Sequence record: NC_041994.1
DNA: 64,000 nucleotides
Direction: 5' to 3' (one strand)
The notes under the pieces are model-generated. The model ran no database searches. It was not told where the DNA came from and saw only the letters and a list, made by a program, of their open reading frames with translations. Shown piece by piece: positions 46,459-55,668 of the stretch. The number at the start of each line of letters is the position of its first letter. Within the stretch, counting starts at the first letter, position 1. Made by a program: the position numbers and the translations under genes.

Positions 46459-46875
46459 ATGAAGTTGGAAGAACTTTTGGCCAAGGGTATTCGTACCCAA
46501 GACAGTGGACAGTTTCTACGCAGTGCCGGTATGGGTATAGGTGAGGATACCTTTGAGATCTTGCGTGCTTACGCCCTGTACTCACGATGCGAACGCATGG
46601 TGTGGGTTGCAGGGAGTTTGATCCGTACACGACTGCTCAATCGGGAATACCTCGGGACACCCAAAGAGTTCAAGCGCACTCAAAACACAGACCCTCGTAT
46701 CTTCGGACAGATCCGCTATGCTGATGTTTACTGCTTCGGTGATTCGAAGCTGTACAACAAAGACACGCTGATCGCCGTCACGCTGGACAAAGAAGACAAC
46801 GTGATCGAGTACTGTGGTGTGCGCATTGACACCGACCGAGAAGAATCATGCCGCATGAAGTCAGCGACAAAGTAG
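46459..46875 (+). CDS. Hypothetical protein
   Basis: GGAG SD. Confidence 0.7.
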   Translation: MKLEELLAKGIRTQDSGQFLRSAGMGIGEDTFEILRAYALYSRCERMVWVAGSLIRTRLLNREYLGTPKEFKRTQNTDPRIFGQIRYADVYCFGDSKLYNKDTLIAVTLDKEDNVIEYCGVRIDTDREESCRMKSATK

Positions 46876-47246
46876 ATTACAGTTTCGTTTACCACAATGT
46901 CGAAGGTGTGGATATGCCTGGGCGTATCGACATCATCGAACGGTTCGGGGTCTGTATGGACAACGACTGGAAACGTATCCCTGAAGGCCGAGCCGATGGG
47001 TACTTTGGGTTGTGGCATAACGACGCGATGATTGGTGTGTGGTACTTCACCATCGTCGACGGGTTGGTTGGACCTAAGCGGGCACACTTGTTGGATTGGC
47101 CTGCGCTGTTCAAGGACTTGCAACAAACGCTCGCTGCTTATATGCCGCCTGACTATTACCTAGACGGCTGTCGGGTGCGGGCCGGTTGTGCACCACACCT
47201 GACGCAATTCCAACCCGGATCTACTTCAACTATCATTTTGTTCTGA
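46848..47246 (+). CDS. Hypothetical protein
   Basis: Overlapping operon gene; exact start uncertain. Confidence 0.6.
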   Translation: MPHEVSDKVDYSFVYHNVEGVDMPGRIDIIERFGVCMDNDWKRIPEGRADGYFGLWHNDAMIGVWYFTIVDGLVGPKRAHLLDWPALFKDLQQTLAAYMPPDYYLDGCRVRAGCAPHLTQFQPGSTSTIILF

Positions 47247-47253
47247 GGTTTAC

Positions 47254-47607
47254 ATGGACCCATCATTGCGCAGTCACCTGTTAGTAGAACTGCTGGCACA
47301 TCGTCGCAATATGGACGATTACATTCCCCCTGACGAACACAAGAAGATGATCGCCAAGGCTGAAGCCGATCCAGTGAAGCACCACACTGTTGGTGTATAC
47401 AAGAACGGCGACTACAAGCAGAACTGCGTACCGGGTTCTGAACTCGAACAACACGTCAAGTACAACACCGAGGCCCGTTGGGGTCGTGGTTTGTTCGTTG
47501 ACGGTAAGTGCGTCCACAAAGGCTACCTCACCGATGAGGAAGTCGCTGAGTGGGAAGCCAAAATCAAAGACTGGCCAATGCCAGCGATCCGTTATCCACG
47601 ACACTAG
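47254..47607 (+). CDS. Hypothetical protein
   Basis: GAGG SD; C-terminal RWGRGLFVDGKCVHKGY motif recalled from phage hypotheticals. Confidence 0.75.
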   Translation: MDPSLRSHLLVELLAHRRNMDDYIPPDEHKKMIAKAEADPVKHHTVGVYKNGDYKQNCVPGSELEQHVKYNTEARWGRGLFVDGKCVHKGYLTDEEVAEWEAKIKDWPMPAIRYPRH

Positions 47608-47616
47608 GAGTTCGGC

Positions 47617-48111
47617 ATGTGTTTTAAGCAACGTTATCTTGTTGACGCTGTTGACGAGCCGGATGTCACCCAGAAGTTTCAGTTGTTTCGATCCGATGGT
47701 CCTTTGGGTAAAGGCCCTTCTGCGCGAGACCGGATTGATATCGTGATCAGTGTGTGGCTCAACCACCAACTGGTTACTAAAGTTCTGGAGATTGCCGACA
47801 CCTTATCGAAACGCAAGTGGGTGGTTGGCGAACATTACCCAGTAGTGCCCGAGCGCGGTGTGTTGTTTGCATCACCCGCGGTCAAGCATTTATTCCCGAA
47901 GTTTGTTGCGCATGACGAGGTGATGTTCCTCACGCCTGACGTCCGTATGGATGGCAAGATCATCATGTTGCAATTGTCCGACTTCAGCTATCTACAAATG
48001 GTCAGTGTTAGCTACCGCGAGACTACCGAGTGTTACATCGAAGCCGAGGTCCGACTCAAGTTCGGACTTAAAGCCGATCGCAGTACATTTCACACCTACA
48101 AACATCCCTGA
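47617..48111 (+). CDS. Hypothetical protein
   Basis: AGGAG SD. Confidence 0.7.
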   Translation: MCFKQRYLVDAVDEPDVTQKFQLFRSDGPLGKGPSARDRIDIVISVWLNHQLVTKVLEIADTLSKRKWVVGEHYPVVPERGVLFASPAVKHLFPKFVAHDEVMFLTPDVRMDGKIIMLQLSDFSYLQMVSVSYRETTECYIEAEVRLKFGLKADRSTFHTYKHP

Positions 48112-48118
48112 GGTGATT

Positions 48119-48808
48119 ATGACAAACGAACTGAAAGCTACCCCAGGTCAGTTGGCTGAACTGAAACTGTTGGTGCCGGGCATTGAACGTCGCATCAATG
48201 AGTTCCAGATGGATACGCTTGCCTGCAACATGGACTTCATCATGTTCCGTGATGTCGATGTGCGTGCGTTCCTTGCGCATTCGGTCAAGGCTGCTCGCGC
48301 TACCGAACACGATCTGGTCGACGTGGTGCGTAAGATCAACTTCGCACGCCTGGGTCCGATTATGGAAGCCCAGAAGTTTGCAGCGATCGAGCAAAACGGT
48401 TACGCCGTACAACCCATCATCGCTGGTGATAAACCAGCGTATGCGTACACCATCGGTTTGACGGGGTTGGTTGGGTTTGAGCTGTTTGCACATGCTGGCG
48501 GTGACGTCGGTATTCTTACCCATGTCGTACACCACTACGCAGAACTGGCCCAGCGACACGAACACATCGAGCATGAACGTAACGACGTAGCCGCGATGCG
48601 TAACCGTCCTAGACAGGGTGTCCGTACACTGGCTGTGCCGGTGGAGCCGATGGTGGCCAAGCAGGACATCCTCAAGCAAACCTTCGGTGAAGAGCCGAAG
48701 CGGGTATATCAAATCCTCATTGCCGACTCAGACAACCGTCTACCCGGCGAATCTGGCTACGACAGTACCAACTGGCCGCAGCCGCGTCTCCCACGTCCAC
48801 TAGGTTAA
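48119..48808 (+). CDS. DUF4262-like protein
   Basis: GAGGTG SD; GYAVQPI...AYAYTIGL...ELF...QILIADSDNRLP. Confidence 0.65.
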   Translation: MTNELKATPGQLAELKLLVPGIERRINEFQMDTLACNMDFIMFRDVDVRAFLAHSVKAARATEHDLVDVVRKINFARLGPIMEAQKFAAIEQNGYAVQPIIAGDKPAYAYTIGLTGLVGFELFAHAGGDVGILTHVVHHYAELAQRHEHIEHERNDVAAMRNRPRQGVRTLAVPVEPMVAKQDILKQTFGEEPKRVYQILIADSDNRLPGESGYDSTNWPQPRLPRPLG

Positions 48809-48816
48809 GGACTCTC

Positions 48817-49335
48817 ATGCCGATCTTCGAAGAAGCAAAAGAGAAATACGAAAGCAATGCGCTCGATACCCTGAGCGTGCTGTACTGGCGTGGTGCGCTG
48901 GACTCCGGGAGCATTCCCAGCAAAGCGGGTTTGGCCACCTTGATCGAAGATAACCTAGCACAGACCGACTGGGATCATGAGAAGGCCCACAGCCTGACTG
49001 AACTCGGTAAGCTGTTTGCCAAGCAGTACTTCGAGGCGAAGGCAGCGTTGGTCTCTGAAGTGGCTGATCGTTCTTCGATCACGATCAACGATGTATTCGC
49101 TCTGATGGCGTCGACTGCTGCGCGCTGGATGACCGAGGACATCAAGTCCGATGAATTCCGCGACAAGTGTGGCGACACACTGGAATTCGAATGTGTCGAG
49201 ATTGAAAACAACCCGGCCTATACCCGCAAGGTTTACCGTGCTGTGAGCAAGATCGATGGTTTGACACCACAGTTGACGCTGCTGGTTGGTGATCGTACCA
49301 CCGACGTCCTCGGCAAGCTCGTCTACGTAGCCTGA
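48817..49335 (+). CDS. Hypothetical protein
   Basis: AAGGA SD; strong codon bias. Confidence 0.75.
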   Translation: MPIFEEAKEKYESNALDTLSVLYWRGALDSGSIPSKAGLATLIEDNLAQTDWDHEKAHSLTELGKLFAKQYFEAKAALVSEVADRSSITINDVFALMASTAARWMTEDIKSDEFRDKCGDTLEFECVEIENNPAYTRKVYRAVSKIDGLTPQLTLLVGDRTTDVLGKLVYVA

Positions 49336-49337
49336 CC

Positions 49338-49544
49338 ATGTTGTACGAGGTCGAGGAGAACCGTGAGTATTTGTCACCTTCTGGCCTAACGTTTAAGGTC
49401 CTGTTCCGTGCTAAGCATGGGCAGGACTGTTCCTACCCCCAGGTAGTGTATACCAATCTTACACCCACGCATGATCGCCCCGCTGGGGAAATATGGGTGA
49501 TTAGCGAAAGCCTCTTCCTAAAGCAATTCCGAGAAAAAGAATGA
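49338..49544 (+). CDS. DUF1653-like small SH3-type protein
   Basis: Y...G..F.V...AKH...VVY......WV..E..F..F pattern. Confidence 0.6.
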   Translation: MLYEVEENREYLSPSGLTFKVLFRAKHGQDCSYPQVVYTNLTPTHDRPAGEIWVISESLFLKQFREKE

Positions 49545-49822
49545 ACAAGCTGTATCTGCTGATCGCTGTAATGTGTGCCTCTGTGGTTGCTCAAGCTACC
49601 GAGGTTGTTGGAAGCGTCGAGGCTGAAGTGGTTACCGCTTCTTGTGCTGAACCTAAAGCCGGTCTGGGTTCGTTCTGGAAGAAGTCGTCTTACGAGTGCC
49701 GACTGTGGATCGAAAGTGAATACGGTCAGCAGCACATCAACATCAAACTGGATCATCCGGTGAAGCGTGGCGACAAGCTGACGCTGGTACAAACCAGCGA
49801 TAACGAATACACCGTGATGTAA
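49541..49822 (+). CDS. Small exported protein (signal peptide, OB-like beta domain)
   Basis: MNKLYLLIAVMCASVVAQA signal, Cys pair, C-terminal VKRGDKLTL. Confidence 0.7.
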   Translation: MNKLYLLIAVMCASVVAQATEVVGSVEAEVVTASCAEPKAGLGSFWKKSSYECRLWIESEYGQQHINIKLDHPVKRGDKLTLVQTSDNEYTVM

Positions 49823-49831
49823 GGAGGCCCT

Positions 49832-50293
49832 GTGGCTATTCATATTACTGTTGTAGGGTTTGGCCGTGAACCTGATCTCTCGGTCAAGGCGCGGTTGGAG
49901 TACTGTGGTTTCCTTGAGGCCTCAGAAGGGAAAATTATCAATGGCAACTGTGAATTCTACAACGTCAAGACGCAGTACCCTGACGCGGTAGAGCTGGTTC
50001 ACATCGTCGTGCAGGATGAGAAGATCGACTGTCGCGACATGGCGTTGGTCTTCGATATGCCTTTCGATGGCCTTACCCAGGATACCCCAGAAGCAACAGC
50101 ACGGGCTGAGCTGATGGGTCTGATCTTGGCTGAAACCGCAGGGCGTTGTGGTGCACTGGAATTGGTTCGTGAAGTCGAAGGCCTGTTCGAGACACCCGAT
50201 GGTCTGATGGCCTACGTGTTCAAGAATGTTTCGTCTGCAATCGAAGACGACATTGCCAATGGCGTGCGCCGGCAGATCCGCGAAATCAACTGA
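49832..50293 (+). CDS. Hypothetical protein with a degenerate INN-type terminus
   Basis: GGAGG SD before GTG; ends DIANGVRRQIREIN. Confidence 0.75.
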   Translation: MAIHITVVGFGREPDLSVKARLEYCGFLEASEGKIINGNCEFYNVKTQYPDAVELVHIVVQDEKIDCRDMALVFDMPFDGLTQDTPEATARAELMGLILAETAGRCGALELVREVEGLFETPDGLMAYVFKNVSSAIEDDIANGVRRQIREIN

Positions 50294-50294
50294 C

Positions 50295-50330
50295 GACATA
50301 CTGGCGAGGGGGCAACCCCTCGCTATGCCC
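50295..50330 (+). terminator. GACATA-hairpin-TATGCC element
   Basis: GACATA-ctg-GCGAGGGG-gcaa-CCCCTCGC-TATGCCC. Confidence 0.6.
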
Positions 50331-50341
50331 GGGAGGCATAA

Positions 50342-50779
50342 ATGGAACGTTCACAACACTACATTGAAAAACCCACGCGTGAAATGATCTTGGACGCTGT
50401 TCGTTTCCGCTTAGAAAAGATTACCAAGGAATCCAGTCTCGGTGAGGTCATTCTTCAGTCCGAGAGTGAGTTCAACGCTTACCTCGCCATCGTGGTACCG
50501 GTGGCCTGTCCTGCGTGCCTCTACGATGTAAACGCACCGCTGGAAGGCGACTGGGCAGCCGCTACCCGGGACGAGCTCATGATTAACCTCCCGGCGTCAT
50601 GGATGGAATACGACACCCGTCTGACAGTCGAGATCATTGATCTGATTCTTGAAATTGGGGTAGGTGACAACTACCGTTTCATGAAGTCGACCTCCGGCAA
50701 TGAAGAACCTATCTACTGGATCACCAGCGCACGGATGATCTGCTTTTTCCACTCGTCTAAAAAGGTAGAAGCTGCATGA
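50342..50779 (+). CDS. Hypothetical protein
   Basis: GGAGG SD. Confidence 0.75.
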   Translation: MERSQHYIEKPTREMILDAVRFRLEKITKESSLGEVILQSESEFNAYLAIVVPVACPACLYDVNAPLEGDWAAATRDELMINLPASWMEYDTRLTVEIIDLILEIGVGDNYRFMKSTSGNEEPIYWITSARMICFFHSSKKVEAA

Positions 50780-51006
50780 AATTCATTCTCCTCGTCAGCA
50801 CGCTGGTACTGGCTGACAACGATGGTCAAGCGGCGGCTGAATCCAGCTCCGTGTTCGGCAGTAAAGATGCCTGTGCTACCGCTGTTGAAATCCGCACGGG
50901 GCGTACCATGAACGCCATCAAGGACGGACTGCGTCTGGAGATCCCGTTCAAAGGCCGCTATGGTAGCGGCGCCACTGTCTTCGTCTGCTCACCCTACGGC
51001 GAATAA
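50776..51006 (+). CDS. Small exported protein with one Cys pair
   Basis: Hydrophobic N-terminus; F.SKDAC...VCSP pattern. Confidence 0.65.
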   Translation: MKFILLVSTLVLADNDGQAAAESSSVFGSKDACATAVEIRTGRTMNAIKDGLRLEIPFKGRYGSGATVFVCSPYGE

Positions 51007-51029
51007 CCCAGTCCTTTAAGGAATTAATC

Positions 51030-51719
51030 ATGCTGCAATTGTTGGCTAACGAAATCGCGCAATACAACGACACTCACAACGTCAATAAGTTGGCTCCGTA
51101 CCACAACAGCACTCACATGGGTATTGCCTACGTGATTGCCAAGGAACTCTGGGCCATCGAGAAGAACGACCCGAACTACGTCATGTCGGCGCCTGAGGAA
51201 GTCCTGGAAGTCATGCTGATGTTGGGTGTGTTGTTCCATGACGTGAACCACTCAGGCGGTATCCTGACCGATCGGGAAAACATCCTCTGGGCAATCAAAG
51301 AACTCAAGCAGTTCTGCCTGGTGCATTCTCAAGTCATCAACGGCGTATTCGCAAAGAAGCACCCCACTTGGGTGGCACCCGCTATGTGGTCGGCAGTGGG
51401 TATCATCGACTGCACGGAGTTCCCGTTCGTCAAACACCCGGCTACCAAGCTCGAATGCATCATGCGTGATGCAGACGTGTTGTACACAGCCTACGTCGGT
51501 GACCCGAAACTGGTAATGGAAGATCTGCGTACTGAGATCTCTACTGCCCGTAAGTACAACGTCACCTACGAAGAAATGGTCATCGGTCAGTCGGCCTTCA
51601 TGAAAGGCATCACGATGTACACCAAAGCAGGGCAAGCCATGTGGGACCGTCTGGCCCAGCCGTACATGGACAAGCTGTGTGCTTACGCTTTGGAACACGC
51701 TGACGCTATCCCCGCCTAA
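51030..51719 (+). CDS. HD-superfamily phosphohydrolase with PDEase-like motifs
   Basis: PYHNSTH...FHDVNHSG...EN...T...RDAD. Confidence 0.8.
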   Translation: MLQLLANEIAQYNDTHNVNKLAPYHNSTHMGIAYVIAKELWAIEKNDPNYVMSAPEEVLEVMLMLGVLFHDVNHSGGILTDRENILWAIKELKQFCLVHSQVINGVFAKKHPTWVAPAMWSAVGIIDCTEFPFVKHPATKLECIMRDADVLYTAYVGDPKLVMEDLRTEISTARKYNVTYEEMVIGQSAFMKGITMYTKAGQAMWDRLAQPYMDKLCAYALEHADAIPA

Positions 51720-51730
51720 CGGAGACAATC

Positions 51731-52411
51731 ATGTCCGTAATCTCATTTACTAAGTTCATCGATGAGCGAAATGCTGAAACGAGTAATGAGGTGCGCAAGT
51801 ACCTTAAGCACTTCGGGGTATCGCTGGCCAAATACACCAAGAGCCCGAAGTGTAAAGTACATGATTCGTTGTGTGCGGTAGTAGCCGGTTGGGATCTCTG
51901 GGTTAATCTGGAAGTCTTGACCGACTACTGGTTGGTTTCAGCAATGCCAGCGTTCAAAACAGAGGACGGGAATATTCAGCTGAACTTCTTGTCGGGTTTT
52001 GGTGAGCCGGTAAACGGGGAATACCCACCTGCACTACAGATCGAGATCGAACACATCACTGATGGTCGTGGTGATCCGTTAATCGACAGTGCTCGCACTT
52101 TCGAACTGGCCTTGCGTGAACACAAACCCGGTGTGTTGGTTGTATCGGTGTTGGCCATTGCTGTAATGCGGTATGCTAACCGAGACATGGGTCACATGTA
52201 CCGGATGCACACCGTCGACAACGACCAGATTACCCTGGTCACTGAAAGCCCCACTGAACGGATGACCTTCCGTTTGGACATTGAACTCACCCGGAAAGCT
52301 TTACAGAAGCTTAAACTTGACTGCGAGCGCCAGGATCGCAGAGACGGTGTTTTGCCAGACCCTGAGGCCTGGACCGTCTTCGAAGACCAACGTTTAGATA
52401 AAGAGGATTGA
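51731..52411 (+). CDS. Hypothetical protein
   Basis: GGAG SD. Confidence 0.75.
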   Translation: MSVISFTKFIDERNAETSNEVRKYLKHFGVSLAKYTKSPKCKVHDSLCAVVAGWDLWVNLEVLTDYWLVSAMPAFKTEDGNIQLNFLSGFGEPVNGEYPPALQIEIEHITDGRGDPLIDSARTFELALREHKPGVLVVSVLAIAVMRYANRDMGHMYRMHTVDNDQITLVTESPTERMTFRLDIELTRKALQKLKLDCERQDRRDGVLPDPEAWTVFEDQRLDKED

Positions 52412-52414
52412 CCT

Positions 52415-53113
52415 ATGACTCGCCACATCGCCTACCGTTTGAGTTGCACCTGCCCTATCTACAACCGTTCGATGATCCCCCGCGATATTCTTGAGAGCAT
52501 GGGCAAGATTGGGTTTGGCTCCAATCCGGACGATCAGTTTCTCCACGTGGCCGCGACGAGTACCTTCTGGACACTGTCGACTGAACCGAAAGAAGTCTTC
52601 GACGATGCCGTACAACATCTCATCGCCAAGCAGCAAGAAGCTAGGCGTGAAGAAGCTGAACGCATGGAACATGTGTTCGAGGAATACCGCACTACCCGTA
52701 AGTTTGACTGGGACCCGGCTGAGTTTGATTTTGTCGGGATGGACGTGACGGTCGACACTGAAGCGTATCTGCGCTATCTCAATGTGCATCTGAACGAGGC
52801 CGCGTCAAACCACCGCAGCATGGTTGAACATATCCAGTTGGAAGCGATTGAGGTATTGCCGGAAGCGGACAGCAAACTGCTGGATCGCGCAGTGCGGTTC
52901 ATCAAGAACGCCGATCAGTATCGCATGGAGATTCGTGCACTTCAGAATCCGAAGGTGGTAATGGATGTGCAACGTAATTTGGCCAATGTGGCTGAATACG
53001 CCAAGCAGCGTTTAGCCTTCTACCGAATGGACTCTGAGCAGTTCGTGGATGTGATGGGTAAGGCGCTGTTCGATCTGGAACATTACTTCCCGGCCGACTT
53101 CGACGGCATGTGA
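52415..53113 (+). CDS. Hypothetical protein
   Basis: GAGG SD; followed by a GACATA-hairpin-TATGAC element at 53114-53155. Confidence 0.75.
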   Translation: MTRHIAYRLSCTCPIYNRSMIPRDILESMGKIGFGSNPDDQFLHVAATSTFWTLSTEPKEVFDDAVQHLIAKQQEARREEAERMEHVFEEYRTTRKFDWDPAEFDFVGMDVTVDTEAYLRYLNVHLNEAASNHRSMVEHIQLEAIEVLPEADSKLLDRAVRFIKNADQYRMEIRALQNPKVVMDVQRNLANVAEYAKQRLAFYRMDSEQFVDVMGKALFDLEHYFPADFDGM

Positions 53114-53169
53114 CGACATAAGGTCAACGGGATATCCCGTTGACCCATTTATGACCTGTGGGGTTTATC

Positions 53170-53703
53170 ATGGCTAAGAAAAACGTACACGAATTTGTTT
53201 ATCTGCTCTCCGTGTGGGAGAAGCTGTTCGCCAAGATGGTGCACTACCCAGCGTGGGACCCGGAAGACATGGCGCGTGCTTTGGCGATGTGGGCGTTCTA
53301 CTATAACGACAACGGTACTGAGGCCAGCCTCGACTATAACCGTTACATCCAGGCCTTGGCTGACATTGCCCCCGGCGCTGAGCAATACTTCATTGAGTAC
53401 ATTCGCGGCGACGAGTGGACTCGGTGGGATGCAACATGGTGCGGTATGCATGTTGAATTCCAGATGAATCACCTGCGTAACATCAACCACTTGATGGACC
53501 TGATCGAAAAGACCCATCGACCAATGGCGTCGCCTCGTGATCTGATGCAGTTGTTCACTGGGGTATCCCGACTCTTCGTTGAGATCAAGGATGTTGAAGT
53601 CGAGCAGTTCGACAACTTCTCCAAAGAACTCATGAAGCGCGATCACGTTACTCACCCTGAAGCCGACTGGGCTTGGTCCGAGGAGAAACCAAATGCGTCG
53701 TAA
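53170..53703 (+). CDS. Hypothetical protein
   Basis: Helical, Trp/Met-rich ORF; start 53158 or 53170. Confidence 0.7.
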   Translation: MAKKNVHEFVYLLSVWEKLFAKMVHYPAWDPEDMARALAMWAFYYNDNGTEASLDYNRYIQALADIAPGAEQYFIEYIRGDEWTRWDATWCGMHVEFQMNHLRNINHLMDLIEKTHRPMASPRDLMQLFTGVSRLFVEIKDVEVEQFDNFSKELMKRDHVTHPEADWAWSEEKPNAS

Positions 53704-54340
53704 ACTCAACATCGGGTTACTGCTCGGCCTGACTGCCACCAAGTGGTCGGATGGGGTAGCTGATTTCTTTGCGATGGCCACCGCCAATGGTCACGAAGTT
53801 ACCATGCTGGATGAGGACCTGTCGTTCTATGCCCGGGCTGACTTTCATGCGATCATCACCCCTGGTAACAGCTACGGTCACATGACAGGTGGTTTGGATC
53901 AGGCGGTCGTGGATCTGGTAGGTGACTGGGTAGAGCCGTTGGTGCGTGACACCATCCAGAACGATTACTGTGGGGAGCTGAACGTCGGGTCTGCGTTTAT
54001 CGCAACTAACCTGAAATCCAAGTTCCCTCATGTGGTCTATGCACCGACTATGCGCTCGCCGACACACTTGCCTCGCGGTTCGGACGTACCGTACACGGCG
54101 ATGTTGGCTGCACTGCAAGCGATTCATCGTTGGAACGATCGCAATCCGGATCAGCCGATAACCAACATACTCATGCCGTTGTTCGGTGTGGGTACGGGCA
54201 TGATCCCCATTCCAACGGCACTGCGTCAACAAGCACGGGCGTTGGCTCGTTACAGCAATGACAAACCGATTGAGCATTTGTTCAAAGACGGCAAAAACAC
54301 GGACCAGCATCTCACTGAGACCTGGCCCCGTCGTTTCTGA
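53693..54340 (+). CDS. Macro domain protein (ADP-ribose binding / ADP-ribosylhydrolase)
   Basis: AIITPGNSYGHMTGGLDQAV, VGSA, VVYAPTMRSP, MPLFGVGTG. Confidence 0.85.
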   Translation: MRRKLNIGLLLGLTATKWSDGVADFFAMATANGHEVTMLDEDLSFYARADFHAIITPGNSYGHMTGGLDQAVVDLVGDWVEPLVRDTIQNDYCGELNVGSAFIATNLKSKFPHVVYAPTMRSPTHLPRGSDVPYTAMLAALQAIHRWNDRNPDQPITNILMPLFGVGTGMIPIPTALRQQARALARYSNDKPIEHLFKDGKNTDQHLTETWPRRF

Positions 54341-55006
54341 TTACCAACGCATGGCCGGTGAACTGTGTAAGTTCACCGGTGTGCGTGCGTCATTGCCAAT
54401 CACCAACTTGTTAATCGCTTTGTACGCCACCACGCCTGAGGTTGGATAAGCCATCAAGTGTGGAACGTTAGAAGCGTAGCGGTGTTTACCGTCTGCGAAG
54501 TCGGGTCTTGCAGCAGCGGTGAGATAGTTCTCTTCTGTCTTGCCTTTGTTCAACAGGATCTGGCTTCGCAGAGCCGGTATGCCGCGTCCCAGTTCACCCC
54601 ACTTCTTTTGGAGTGCGTTGATCTGGCTGATGTAACGACTGAGGATTGCCGGGTCATCGGATTCCCAGTTATTGTCCTTGGAGAACTTATCCAAGAACAC
54701 AGTACGACGTAACGACTCCACCACACGGTAGAGGACATCGTCACCTAAGGCTTCGACATCGACCACGTATTCAAACAACTGGCTCCCCGGATACCAGACT
54801 GCGTGATCAGCACCGAAGATCTGTCCGAGTGTCTTGGACGGGATTGGATCAAAGAAGAAAGAGATGTGATCGACGTAAGCACCTTCATCATGAAACTTCT
54901 TGGCATGGGCTTCAGCCTTACGGATTTCATCGGCAGTAGCCACACCCGATGCACGTCGTGTTTTCAATGCATCGAATTGCTTCGCGGCGTAATGGTAGAG
55001 TTGCAT
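54341..55006 (-). CDS. Conserved jumbo-phage hypothetical protein
   Basis: Lone minus-strand ORF whose stop abuts the macro gene stop; GAG upstream; YVDHISFFFDPIP and YASNVPHLMAYP segments look conserved. Confidence 0.75.
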   Translation of the reverse strand: MQLYHYAAKQFDALKTRRASGVATADEIRKAEAHAKKFHDEGAYVDHISFFFDPIPSKTLGQIFGADHAVWYPGSQLFEYVVDVEALGDDVLYRVVESLRRTVFLDKFSKDNNWESDDPAILSRYISQINALQKKWGELGRGIPALRSQILLNKGKTEENYLTAAARPDFADGKHRYASNVPHLMAYPTSGVVAYKAINKLVIGNDARTPVNLHSSPAMRW

Positions 55007-55062
55007 GATTCGCGCTCTTAGTTAAACAGCATATACGATTTATCAATACCTAAGGACAACCC

Positions 55063-55614
55063 ATGAAAAACCTACTTCGGTACTTACCTGATAACCCTGC
55101 TAAGTGGCTTTACAGTCTGTTCCGTCGGCACTACACCTTCCTCCTGCTACAGGAGCTGATGGCTGCACAATACCCCGGCATTCAGATGGTCTTCAAAGGC
55201 GGTGTGGGTACACAGCTCGTAGTGGGCTATAGCGATACACACATGTTCTTCATTATCAACGGTAACTTGTTGACGTACGCATCCCGTAAGCAGCTCATCA
55301 ACTTTACGTTTGCTGAGTACTTCGAGTACAAGGAAAAGAAAGCCAAGTGGGTTGCCAGTGTTGACGGTCAGAAGATCCTGCGAGGCGTGGTGGCTCTGCT
55401 GGAGTCCAATCCCTATCACCAATTCGTCGTCAAGTTAAAGGGACGGAACCCGGTAGTACTGGACGGCAACAAGGTCAAGGACTTTACGTGGCTGTATTTG
55501 CTGCAATGTAAGCAGCATCTGTACATGTTGTTGTTCTGGGACTTCACCCGCTGCCATGCGTTCCTGCCTCACGAAATGGTCATCCAACACAACGCAGTAC
55601 CGCAACCGAGTTAA
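55063..55614 (+). CDS. Hypothetical protein
   Basis: AAGGA SD. Confidence 0.75.
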   Translation: MKNLLRYLPDNPAKWLYSLFRRHYTFLLLQELMAAQYPGIQMVFKGGVGTQLVVGYSDTHMFFIINGNLLTYASRKQLINFTFAEYFEYKEKKAKWVASVDGQKILRGVVALLESNPYHQFVVKLKGRNPVVLDGNKVKDFTWLYLLQCKQHLYMLLFWDFTRCHAFLPHEMVIQHNAVPQPS

Positions 55615-55622
55615 TTACAAAG

Positions 55623-55631
55623 CTATATCAC
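55623..55631 (+). promoter_or_regulatory. CTATATCAC putative promoter
   Basis: Recurrent motif upstream of 55669. Confidence 0.55.
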
Positions 55632-55668
55632 CCCTATGAATAACCTGTATTAACAAGGAGTTTATGCA

